A stretch of DNA of 64,000 nt. It comes from Felis catus (Eukaryota). The stretch is taken from NCBI RefSeq assembly GCF_018350175.1, contig NC_058368.1, forward strand, positions 173,726,001 through 173,790,000. Direction: 5' to 3'. The notes under the pieces are model-generated. The model was given only the letters and a program-made list of their open reading frames with translations. It was not told the origin of the DNA and did not search any database. Made by a program: the position numbers and the translations under genes. How positions within the stretch are numbered: position 1 is the stretch's first letter; each line of letters begins with the position of its first letter. Positions 35,850 through 47,439 of the stretch are shown one piece after another.

Positions 35850-37720
35850 TTGGCTTATTCCTGGGTTTCAACCGGCTACTGGGTAACCACTGGTAGCCTT
35901 GATCCATTGAGACATAAGCATACCCTTTGCCCCATACAACAATCTCTCCCTTTTCCCAGTGTCCCTTCTCATCTTTCCAATATACCGGCTGATGAACAGG
36001 GGTGACCTTTTGCTTGTGCCAGTGTACCTTAGCAGCAGGACATGTATGGGGTACTTGTATGTCCAAGAAATTTAAAGTATATAAGGCACGATGTAATTGT
36101 TCCCGTGGCGTAGTCTAAGTCCTTCTTCTCCCCCTTTTTGTTTAATTAACATGTTTTTAAGTACCCGATGAGTGTGTTCTATGATCCCTTGATCTTGAGG
36201 GTTACAGGGAATGCCAGTAAGATGAGTAATTTGTTGTGCTGCAAAGCAGCGGGCTACCTTATGAGATATGTATGCAGGGCCATTATCACTTTTAATGTAT
36301 AGCCTTTTTTCCTGTACATGCTGTGGCCCAGATATATCCGGAGAAGGTATCCGCAGTAACATGTACATAAGAGAGCTTACCAAAAGCAGGAATATGGGTA
36401 ACATCAGATTGCCAAAGTTCATTTGCCCATAGTCTATGAGGATTCACTCGAGAAGTATATGGAGCCACAGTGAGGGGCTTGCAAGAAGGACAGGCACTAA
36501 CGATGTCTTTTGACTCAGCATGTGTTATAGTGTGTCTATGGGCAAGTCCTCGAGCATTAGTATGGTGAAGCATATGCTCCTGTTGTGTCATCTGTAAAGT
36601 GCCTTGTAATAAGTCATCAGCAGTGGAATTTCCTAAGGCTAATGGGCCAGGAAGGTTAGAATGACTGCAAGTATGAGTGATATATAAAGGGTGTTGCCTA
36701 TGCCGTGTGTATTAATTCTTGTAAATGCAAAAACAGATAATGTAATTCATTTTGTGAAACAATATGTGCAGTTTCAATATTTAGGACTATGAACCATACA
36801 TATTGTGAATCTGTCACAACATTGAGGGAAGCAGGTACAAGATGCAACAATTCTGTAACGGCTGCTAATTCAACTTTTTGGGTAGGGCTGTTAAGGTTGG
36901 GATCACGGCTAATGTTTGGAAAAGATAAGGTATAAGTCGGATTCCCAAAGTAGGTCACAACCAATTTATATCTCCTAGTAACTTCTGGAAATCATTTAAA
37001 GTTTTCAAATTATCTCGGTGAATCTGTACTTTTTGGGGAATGATGGTTACCTTGTGAATTTTTACACCAAGATAAAGGAAGGGATCTTGGTTTTGCACCT
37101 TTTCTTCTCCTATTATTAGGCTGTATTTGGGCCTAATAATAAAGATAAAGATCTTCTACTTGTGTAGGCGTTTGAATATCAGTCATGTAATGGTTAATCA
37201 ATGCTTGCGGGAACTGAATACGCAATTGTGAAAGCAGCTGATTAACAAAATTCTGACACATAGTAGGGCTATTAAGCATACCTTGTGGAAGCACTTTCCA
37301 TTGATAGCATTGCACAGGAGCCATATGATTGTATGAAGGTACAGAAAAAGCAAATTTTTCTCTATCATCTGGCTGTAGTAGAATTGTGAAAAAACAATCT
37401 TTCAAATCTATAATTAATGACCAGTTCTGACGAATCATAGTAGGGGATGGGAGCCCAGGTTGCAAAGGTCCCATACTCGTTTACCTTCCTTAAGTCAGTC
37501 AACATTCTCCATTTCTCAGATTTTTTCTTTATCACAAACACAGGAGAATTCCATAGACTGGTGGACATACCTATATGACCTGCATCCAATTGTTCTTGCA
37601 CTAATTGCTCTAAAGCCTCTAATTTCTCTTTTGGAAGGGGCCACTGATCCACCCACACTGGGGCAGTTGTTAACCATTTTAATGGTAAGGCATAATGTTG
37701 TTTAGAAACAGTGGCCCTAA
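35850..37720 (-). pseudogene. pol: ERV pol remnant (RT, RNase H, integrase)
   Basis: [48 protein letters not shown] (degraded YMDD); IN HHCC, WQSDVTH, IKSDNGPAY, IIE; multiple frameshifts. Confidence 0.92.
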
Positions 37721-37769
37721 CACTAAATTTGAATTCTGTGCAGGATATCCCCGTCCCATATAAGGAGGC

Positions 37770-38667
37770 GGCATTTTGGCAGTAATTGGCTCCGTACACC
37801 CATTTTCTTGTCGTCCAAGCCCTTCTAATGGATTTTAACTCATTTTTGGACATAATATTGGTTGCAGCAGGAGAAACATAAGGAATAGTAACATATGCTC
37901 TTCATTGACTTAATAGGTCTCTTCCCCACAGATTAATGGCTCTATCAGTAATATAAGGCTGGATAGTAGCAGCCTGGCCTTCAGGCCCTTTACACAAAAA
38001 TTTCAATGCTCTGTTGGATATCAGTCAGTAGCTTTTCCTACACCCGTGAAGACTGCGGATACAAGTCAAAGTGGCCAATTCTTAGGCCAGAACTTAGAAG
38101 CAATGATGGTGACATCAGCTCCTGAATCTACCAGGCCAGTAAACTATTTTCTGTTCATTTGTAAGGTCAGCTCAGGCCTTGTGTCCTTTAGAAATGTTTG
38201 CCGAAGTACCCTGTTTGCCGGTAGATCCAAACCCTCCCTGTCGTTCTGTTGGCTTGGAATTCAAAGCAATGTAAGGCAACAACAATAGTTGAGCAATGTG
38301 ATCTCCTGCCAAGACACGATAAAGAACAGAAGTACTAATCATTACTAAAATTTCATCCTTAAAATCAGCATCTATAATTCCTAAGTGGACATGAACTCCC
38401 TTGGACATAAGACTACTTCATCCAATAAGGCCAACGGACCCTGAAGGAAAAGGGTCATAAATCCCGTTTTAAGCATATAAATTCCCATGGAAGTCTTGAG
38501 GTCCAGAGAATCTGGAGGAGGAATATCTAATGCAGCGCTCCCTCGTGTGGCATGGAGGAGGTCATGGACAGATTTGCTTGATGAGTCCCGCTGCTCACAG
38601 GATAACAACGTGGAATCTGATTCCCCATGTTGTTTACATTCGGGCCCTGGGGAGGGCCTGTTATCCT
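37770..38667 (-). pseudogene. pro: ERV pro remnant (dUTPase + aspartic protease + G-patch)
   Basis: dUTPase motifs GSAALD, GIIDADFKDEI, GDHIAQLLL, RQGGFGSTG; protease GLVDSGADVTII (~38101-38137) and INLWGRDLL; G-patch-like EGLGRQENG. Confidence 0.9.
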
Positions 38668-40303
38668 GTTTCCCTGACCGACTGAGGTGGCAGGGGAGCT
38701 CCATTCTTAAGGAATTTAGATCTATATCAATGTGCATATTACAGCCTTTATTGCTTGGTTGGGGGGAGCATTAGTATTTCGTTTTGGTGGCCAAGGTGGA
38801 TCACGGGAATTGTTACGACTCGGCTGTCGACAATCCCTTTTATTTATTTATTTTTTTTTATGACAGTCCCTTGTATAATGTCTCAATTTGCCACAGCGAA
38901 AACACTTGGACTGTTTGTAAGGTCCAGTGCCTTGAATAGCTACTGCCAGTAACCCCATTTTATAGATCTCTGAGCCAATATCTTGACAGGCCTTTAAATA
39001 ATCGGTTAAATTAACACCTTGAGCCTTCACTGGGCATAAAGCTTGTTGGCATTCCTTACTAGCATTATCAAAAGCCAGCAGCTGTGAGAGGAGATCGCGT
39101 AAACCTGCCTGAGAAACAGTTTTTGTAATAACAACCTTTAGTCGAGCGATGAAATCTACATAGGGCTCATTAGAACTCTTTAACTTGAACACAAGAGGGT
39201 GTAGCCCGTCCTGGGGTAGCTCTTTTCTCCCAGACATTAAGGCAGCACAATCTGACCTGTGACACTGCGTGATCATTGTACTGAAGCCGAACCTGTAGGC
39301 CAAACCCTTGTCCAGCCCGGTAAGTTGTTCTATGGTAATGGGCACAGGAGGATTCACGGCGGCATCACGCCAGGCCTGTATCTGTGTCTTTATCCCACCA
39401 AGTTCTAAATTGCAAAAATTTAGAAGCACTTAGGACAGTGCGACCTAGGACCTCCCAGTCCCACGGAATGAGTCACTCTGAATTTGCTAAACCAGACACC
39501 AATCCCAATATACAAGGGGAATTAACACTGCATGCAAGCCTGTTTCAAATCCTTAATTACCTTAAAACTTAAAGGAACATGATCAAATTGTTGCCCTCCC
39601 TGAGGATATTGCTGATTAGGAGGAATTTGGCTAATGTTGACAGGATAAATTGCAGGCATACTAGCCACTAATTCGGTGTCCCCCCCAGCCTTAGCTTGTT
39701 GAAGCATCTGCATCATGGGGGAAACAGGAACTGTGATGCTCTGAGCGGACGTATCAAAAGATGGGTTTTTTGAATAAGTGGAACAGTTAGTTTCCTTAAA
39801 AGGATTGACTGGCTCAGGACCATGGGGTATTGCGGGATGCAGGGGTGCAGAGGCTGGAGCTGTGACTATCTCTGGGCCATTAACCCATGATTCCGTAGGT
39901 TTCCATTCCTCCGGTGGTGGAGGTTGGGGCTCGGGTTCCTCGTTATCTACAAGCTCATGATCACATTCAGCCAGTGAAAGGTTGTGAGGACCAGTGCCCC
40001 CTCCTCCCAATTCTGACTGCAAGGGTTGTAAAGCCAGGGAAGTTAAATTACACAAAGACCATATGGAGAAAGGGATGGGTTCCCCTTGTTGATGAGTGAG
40101 GGGCAAAGCATGTAAAGCCAAATTCCATTGTTTCTGATTCAAAGCATTTTTTTGCCAGAGGGCGTAAACCAATAACAATGTTTCTTTACTAAATAAGACA
40201 AATCTTCAAATGGGGAACATGTCACTTTTACCACTGAGCTCTTTAATGAAGTCTGCAAGAGCTGAATATATGAGTCCTAACTAGATGAGGTGGCATTCCC
40301 CAT
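38600..40303 (-). pseudogene. gag: ERV gag remnant
   Basis: ATG at 40303 directly after CAG|GTAAGT; MGNATSSS*DSYIQLLQTSLK; MHR-like EPYVDFIARL; zinc knuckle CFRCGKLRHYTRDC; stops and frameshifts. Confidence 0.88.
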
Positions 40304-40409
40304 ACTTACCTGCAGAAATCCCAAAGGATGAGCTTCCTGGCTCCAAATTTCCCTTTGGTTCCCTTGGCACTTCAGCAGTGCTGCACACTTCCTCCCTCAG
40401 GTCCCTGTT

Positions 40410-40770
40410 TAGAGAGACGGGGCCTAAAGGTGCAGTGACGAGAGAATTACGAAGCAGGGGGCTAAGACTCTCCAGGAACCCGAAGCACCAGTCCCCTGGC
40501 TCAAGCCTCTTATTTTTGCAATTTGTCTGATGACAGCAAGCACGTACAACATAGTATTTGGCATCTTGACAGGCCGTGCACCTGCAGTGTATTCCATACT
40601 GGGTCATGAGTACGTCTGGTGCCAGATAAAACATTCTTCTCCCTGGCCTGGTGCCGGTATGATGTCCTTCTGGAGAGAACGTGCAGTCCCAGCGGCTTTC
40701 AGTTCCTTGCTGCTCCATCCCTTTCCTTCAGGACATTCTCATGGTGCCTTGGGCTTCTTGTTCTTCAACA
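40410..40770 (-). repeat. 5' LTR of betaretroviral provirus
   Basis: Hand alignment to 33974-34341 gives ~15 substitutions and 3 indels; U5 end/PBS junction apparently deleted. Confidence 0.93.
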
Positions 40771-43700
40771 GGGGACAGAAGATCTGAAGCGGGCTATGCG
40801 CCGAAAGCAGCAAGCCTGATGTGAGGCTCGAACTCACGAACTACAAGATCATGACCTGAGCTGAAGTCAGATGCTCAACAAACTGAGCCACCCAGGTGCC
40901 CCTGTCTTCAGCTATTATAATTTTAAAACCCTCTTATTCCTAATGTTTCTCCTAGAAGTGCCCCTAAAATCTGGTTCTTACTGCTCTTAAAAAGGACTTG
41001 GTATTTTTATATAAATCACTTCATGTAAAACCCTGTAAGGTGTGTGGCTTTATCCTTTTACAGGTAAGGAAACAGGCTTGAGTGGTCAGTGTGAAGTTTG
41101 AAGTCAATTCTGTCCGACAGCTAAGCCTGGGCTTTCACTTGCTATCCTTCCATTTGAAGGCAGCCTGGAAACTGAAGAGGTTCCCAGAAACCCCTCCTAG
41201 AGGACCCAGCCAGTTTAGACCCCAGCAGTGACTGGCCATTGTAAGCGGTGTTCACACAGCCTTTGGAATCTAGTCTGCAGCAGAGCTCATGAGGACTTTT
41301 GTTGTTTGGTTTCATAATGCCCTCCACAGCATTCCATATTCAGACCTTTGATGGCTGTCCCCTTGTTTCTTTACCCAATTCAGGTGCCAATTTTAGGAAG
41401 CCTTTCCTACCACTGTGCCCCACCCCCAGGCTGTGTAAGTGTCCTATTGTCCCTACGCCCCAGACTTCCTGTAGCAATAAAGATCAGTCATAAATGCCTT
41501 TTAATCTGCTTGACTTCTGCCTCCAGACTGGGCTGGAGTGTGGACACCTTACCTACGAATCCAGAGCCCAGCCCAAGGCAGGTGCTAGGGGAATGCTCCA
41601 ATCTGATCTCTGGAATGGAGGCAGTTAGACATCCTTTGCTCCTGTTTCCACACCCGGCTCCAGCCCATCAGCTAGAACTCCCAAGGAGTGTCAACCAGGC
41701 TTGGATACCTCCCAAAAGATACTGAGCTGTGGGTTGAAGGGTCAGAGGACTGGGACTTGCTGTTGACCAGTGATTGTGTCACAGGTAGTATTCTGGGACC
41801 ACCCTCCATAGCTGCCCCTCACTGGAGCTGTAAGCACCCAGCATGTACTCCTCAAAATCAGAATTCAAATGAAACCACAACTGAGTTTTTGGCATTTATT
41901 GTGTGGCTCAAACTGCTGCCGGTGCTCTTTAATGCAGATGGTCCTTGGCAACCCTTCAGGTCTGGGTTCATAGGGCTTGGGCTGGGACAGCAAGGCCTCT
42001 TTACTTCCAGATCTTTGATGGGAATTCTCCCCATGTACCTCATTGGGCCCACCTCGCAGAGGCAGCAGATGAGGAAAAGGTGGAGGTTCTTTACTAGAAA
42101 GGACTTCGGGGATGTGTGAGCCAACAAACAAGACAGGCAGACTAAGACTATTCCCAGGTCTGAGGTGTGGGCAGGTGCTCGAGGATGAATCCACAGGTGA
42201 GTTTCAGCAGCTAGTTCAAAGTGCTGGCAATTGCTACTAAACTAGCATAAGAACAAATGTTTTCTAAAGTCAAGTGGAAACATTTTTTGGAGAATCTAGT
42301 GTTTCATTCAGGCAGACGGGGAAGAGTCCTCAGATTCTCATCAGCACCTCTCTGTAGGACTGGGAGGGCTGTGATGGACTGATTTCACCATCCCACCCCA
42401 TCCTTACAGCTGGATGCCAGTGTGTCAGTGCAAGCTTGCAACCCACATCTGGGCACCAAGAGGTACCAGAGGAGGCTTCCTGGGATAGGCAGCCAGTCCA
42501 AGGTGGTGGTCTCAGTAGTCTCAGGAACCTAATTTTGCTCAGACCATCCACATGACCAAGCTTTCAGTCAAGTTGGCCTCTCCTGAGGGTTGGCAGCAGG
42601 TCAGAGAATGGAAAACCAGAAGCCACATTGCATTAAGTAATTCTTAAGAACGGAAGCCCTTAGGACCAGGGTGAATGATAAGGCATAGGTTCAACAGGCA
42701 AGCAGAAGCAGAGGCTTCCCTTTGATGTGGAGTGCCCATCTGTTCTCTCAGACCCAGAGCCTTCCTACCTTCCAGCTGCCTTTGTTAGGACAGCTGCTGA
42801 CATTTGACCTCTAACCCACGCTCAGGTAGGTTGGGAGCTGTAGTGTTGGGGCAGTGGGGTGGAGTAGGGTGGGGGCAGTGTCACCCAGGCTAGCTCAGAA
42901 AACTTTGAGATGAACTCCAGATAATGGCTGGGTCCCAGGAGCAGGTGATCTGGGCTTGTGAATCAGAAAGTCACATTCGGGAGCAACTGGGTAAGAGAGC
43001 ACCACAGGCCAGGCACGTAGCTATTCGTAAGAGAGCCCCACTCCTCTACTTCGTCTGGTCTAATCCTGGCAGAAACCAGAGCAGATAAGCACTGTTGGCA
43101 CTCTGCCTGGAGGATAGGCCAACGACCCTACCAGAGCACAGCTGTCAGCCACAAATGTGATGAGGCACACTCACAGGCCAAGAGAACATCTATATTCTGC
43201 ACAAGTATCAGAGGGGTGGTACTCTGGACCTTCAGCGCCCCCCGGGGGTGTCTCTTCTGGTGTACCACTGGGACCTGTCAGTTCTGGGAGTGGTCTTCAA
43301 AAGTTGCTCAAGTAGATATAGTTAGTTAAACTCTTTATTCAAGTTCACTGCCCTCACTGGAGACTTTGAAAATTGTATTACATAATGATACTCATTAGAC
43401 CAAAGGCAGATCTTAATTAGAAAAGGATCCCCTACAACACTGCTGGTTCCAAAGGTAAATGTCAAGCACTGGAGAACCAGGAGTTCAAAGAACAGAGAAG
43501 TAGTTTTATAATCTTTCAATGTCAAAATGAAAATTTGTCGGCAAAGTTTCAAAGGCTACTCTTTAAAAGCCAAGTCATTCCTTAAATATTTTAAGTAAAA
43601 GCAAACAAATCTCTTTCTTCTGCGAACATTAATCAGGATTTCAAATAACAGTGATTCTGTTGATATACCTACAACCCAAGAGCGTGGTAGGCCACTGTTC

Positions 43701-45389
43701 CAATAATCACACTTCTGGATTTGGGGGTTCCCTCCCCACCCTCCCTCCCTGTGCCTTTTCTCACATAGGCCACAGCATGGAACTGAAGCACACACTGAGT
43801 AAATGTCAAATGAAATGAAGGCACATAATCTGTATTCTCAATTAAAAAGCAAACGGAGTTGGATATGACCTCTAAAAAAAAAAGTCCATTTGTGGCTACT
43901 GATTACTCAGCGGCCCCTGAGAGACAAAAGGCTCCTTCTTTTGCCTGCACTAAAGAGAAGTGTCAATATACACACAAACTGGCTGGTCACCGGAAACAGG
44001 AGAATCCTGGAGTGTGCACTGGAGAAAACCCAGAAATTCTGTCCAACTTTGCTTTAGCTCAGGAATCAGCAGGTCCAGAAAGGCTGAGTGAGGTACCCAA
44101 AGTCCCCCTATTGGCTGATCTGCTAATTCCCATTTCTTTTTGCCTGGATTTACATGATTCAAATTTCCTCTCCTAGAGTCACCATCTACACAGAAGGAGG
44201 TGTGTCCTTTTGACTTATCAGGCCAGGTGGTGGAGTTTAAGTTCATGTGGATTAATGTGAAGTATGATACTGCATACAGCTGTAAATGATAGGGGGAAGC
44301 TAGAGCTTTGTCTCCACTGACATGTGGAGGTTATCACATTGCCTCACAATTCCAGCTATTTTCCTCAAAGACACAAGTTTTCCATGACAGTCATCTGGGG
44401 TTCTGATAACAGCACCTAGAAACAGAACCTAAAACTTTGGCCTGTTCCTTTTATAAATAAATAAATAATTAAAACGCAGTTCTGAGGCCAACACCCAGCT
44501 CCAGCTGACAGTTGTCTCCCCAGGGACATGGGTTCCTCCCCCAGACTTCTGTAAACATGGGCATTGGCACAGTTAGTGCAAGAGCAGCAGCTTGTGTGTC
44601 CAGATTAGGGGGAAAAAAGCCTTTAGTTTTTTTGATTGGGGGTGAATACCACTTGGTCCTGTAGTCTGGCAGGCAGGCCTTGGCTTGCAGAAGCAGGAGG
44701 TTTCAGAAAGCTTGCTAGGATCTCCAGGTTCGTTCTAGCACTTCTTACCTTCATGGCTGGAAAATGTATTTCCAAGTCAGAAAAAAAAAAAAAAAAAAAA
44801 ACCCATGGAAATCACCTCTCTTTAAAAATGATGGCCCCAGGGCCAGAGAGGCAGAGATAGCACAAGGCCATGACCCAGCTGGGCAGAACTGGGGCTGCAG
44901 GACATTGGAGGCCTTGGAGCCACGGCTCACTGTGTACCGCCCAGAACCTGCCTGCATGAGAGGGGCGTGAAGTCTGCAGGAGGGAATGGTTCAGACTGGG
45001 AGTACTTCTGACACTATACTGGTTCTCAGTCACCACAACCTGCAGTGGTGAGAACTGAGCCCACTGAGCACCTTGCTTTACACATCAGAGAAGGAGGGTG
45101 CAGGCCTTCACTGGTGAAAATTGGATCCACTTCCAGCCTGGAGTGAGCCAGACACTATGCTCTTCCACTGTCTGCCCCACCTGCCTCCCCACTTCAGCCT
45201 CACGGCCACCTCACCAGGAAGGCCTCTGTGTGGTTCTTGGCCTTGCTCAGGCCCTGTTCTGGAGCGTGGGAGGAGAGAAGGGAAGAGTTGCCACACAGCT
45301 CCCGCCTCAGGCCCAGGCCGGCAATAGAGAAGCAGGAGTGGCAGAACGGGGGTCTCCAGGGTTGGGTGCGTGAGCAGGTGGGGGCCAGC

Positions 45390-45563
45390 CTAGGAGAGAA
45401 GCTCCAAGAGCAGTCTCCAGATATGCACGGTGCCGGGATCTTCAAAGCCAGGTCCTGCAGGGGCGATGCTGGCTGCCAAGAGGAACACCTCCCGCTGGCT
45501 ATCGACAGCCTGCAGGCCCAGCTCCTGCTGCAGCTCCACCATGCTCATGGCCTCACTCAGGTC
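45390..45563 (-). CDS. ARL10: ADP-ribosylation factor-like GTPase 10, last coding exon
   Basis: [60 protein letters not shown]; four exons total 735 nt = 244 aa + stop. Confidence 0.93.
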   Translation of the reverse strand, partial: DLSEAMSMVELQQELGLQAVDSQREVFLLAASIAPAGPGFEDPGTVHIWRLLLELLS

Positions 45564-47263
45564 CTGGGAGGAGATGGAGAAGCTAGTTGGAACAGAGCTG
45601 ACAGTTTCCCAGCACCCATGCTGTCATCCACGGAAAGAACTGTTTGGCTACCCGGGGAACACTGGGGCCTAAGTTCCCAGAAGTGGCCTCTGGGCCCCTT
45701 TGTCTCAACTCTTTTCCGTCTTTCCTTGGTACCAACCTCTTTTCATACCATCACCAGCCAATGTGGTAAGAGATGGCACTTCCTTTAAGCCAGGCATTGT
45801 AAGAGGCGCTTAGACTTATTTGATTCTCACAGTCTGCACTGAACTGCTGAGGAAATGGACTCAGGGAGGTGAAGGTATTTAGCTAAGGACACAGTGACAA
45901 AGCCAGGTTTCAAACCCAGGTTGGGCTGATAACCAAGGCTATACCCCTTACAGGAATCCTAGCTCACCACCCTGAGTTTCCTAAACTCAGTAGTGGGGAG
46001 ATCTTATACTAGGGTCATTTCCAGACAAGGGCCTTATCTGCCCCAGACTCCTAGACACTGGCTGAGGAAAAAAGAAGGCACTGCAGAGCACGGCTGGTGA
46101 GGGTACATTTTAATTTCAGCCCTGGCCCCAAATTAAAATAATTCTTGGAGAATTCATGGGACCTTAGGTGTTGTCTCCTGTAGGTTCTATATTGCTATAA
46201 ATTATGAGTAGAATGATGATATAATTCATCATCCAAACCAGGGTACTTCTGAGACTCAAAGTGGGCACTATTAATAATCATACCAGAACAACAGGCATAA
46301 ATGGGGACCATCCCAGGAAAACCAGGACATATGGGCATATTTATAAACGATTGCCAAGTATTTCCTGACAGGCAAGGGAAACTGGGATCAAAGACGTACA
46401 GCTTCTCTTCAAGACAGGTTGGGAACATGTGCCACAGTTCTCAGGGACATGGGCCAGGCCACAGGAAAAATGACAAACTCTGTACTGTGGCAAAGCTTAA
46501 CTTGGTAGGTACTGAGAAGGGCAGCTTAGGTCTGGCCAAAGGCCCAGGAGAGGTATAGTGTGGTTAAGAAGGATCTTTGAGGAAGATCTGAGTTCAAGTC
46601 CTGCCTTTGCCACATACCAGCTGTAACTCTGGGCATTGAGGGATAATAACAAGGCCAATCATAGGGTTTTGCAGGATTTAAGTGAGGTCATGATTGTCAG
46701 GTGGTTAGCCTGGCACACTGCAGGCGCACTTATAATATTGTCATTTCAATCGGCTCAACTTACTACTTCCCAGCTTTACCTCTCAGATCTAGAGCTGGAA
46801 GTCACAAGGATATGGCAATGCAGAAAAGGCACAAGTTTTGGATTTAGACATCCCAGTTCCACTATTTTCAAGGTGTACAGTCTTGGGGAGATTAAAAAAC
46901 CTCAAGCTTCAGATTCCCAATTTGTAAAATGGGAATAGTATCCCATACCTAGTAGGGTCAATTAGAAGCATAATATGAAATGCTCTTCAAAACCATACCT
47001 GACTGACATGTAGTGGATGCTTAATCATTATTTTTCTCATTTCTCCAGGATGGTGGGTGGCAGGGAGACAAAGAGGAAGGCAGATAGAGGACGAGGGTCA
47101 GGGATGAGGAAAAAGCACAGGATGAAAAGCGTGGGACAGAATCTCAGCCAAGTGCTCCGGGTCATGGACTTGGGCCTGAAACTCTCTCCTGTGCTCCCTG
47201 CCCCTGCCCAGGGATCAGTGGATCAAGCCCAACTGGCCTAAGCCAGCCTCCCATGGCTCTCAC

Positions 47264-47439
47264 CTGCTTGTTGGCCACCACGACGACAGGCAGGTCAGGG
47301 TCCTTGTCCAGCAGCTTGTGCAGTTCCTGCCGGGCCCAAGGCAGCCGCAGCCGGTCAGCCGAGTCCACCAGGAACACCAGCACGTCTACTTCATTCACAA
47401 ACTCCTTCCAGTAGAAGCGTAGGTTCTGACTGCCACCGA
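47264..47439 (-). CDS. ARL10: ARL10 coding exon 3
   Basis: (I)[58 protein letters not shown] (G3; G4 NKQD split by the intron). Confidence 0.94.

Larger units (their letters stand above)
33972..40770 (-). mobile_element. Defective endogenous betaretrovirus (class II ERV) provirus
   Basis: Two similar LTRs, 6-bp TSD GGGCAC/GGGGAC, PPT AAAAAGGGGGAGA before the 3' LTR, Lys3 PBS remnant, gag-pro(dUTPase)-pol-env order. Confidence 0.95.
33908..40902 (-). mobile_element. CanSINE split by the provirus (halves 33908-33971 and 40771-40902)
   Basis: Tail half left of the 3' LTR, head half right of the 5' LTR; SINE TSD TCTTCAGCT(G/A)TTATAATTTT at 33891 and 40905. Confidence 0.88.
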
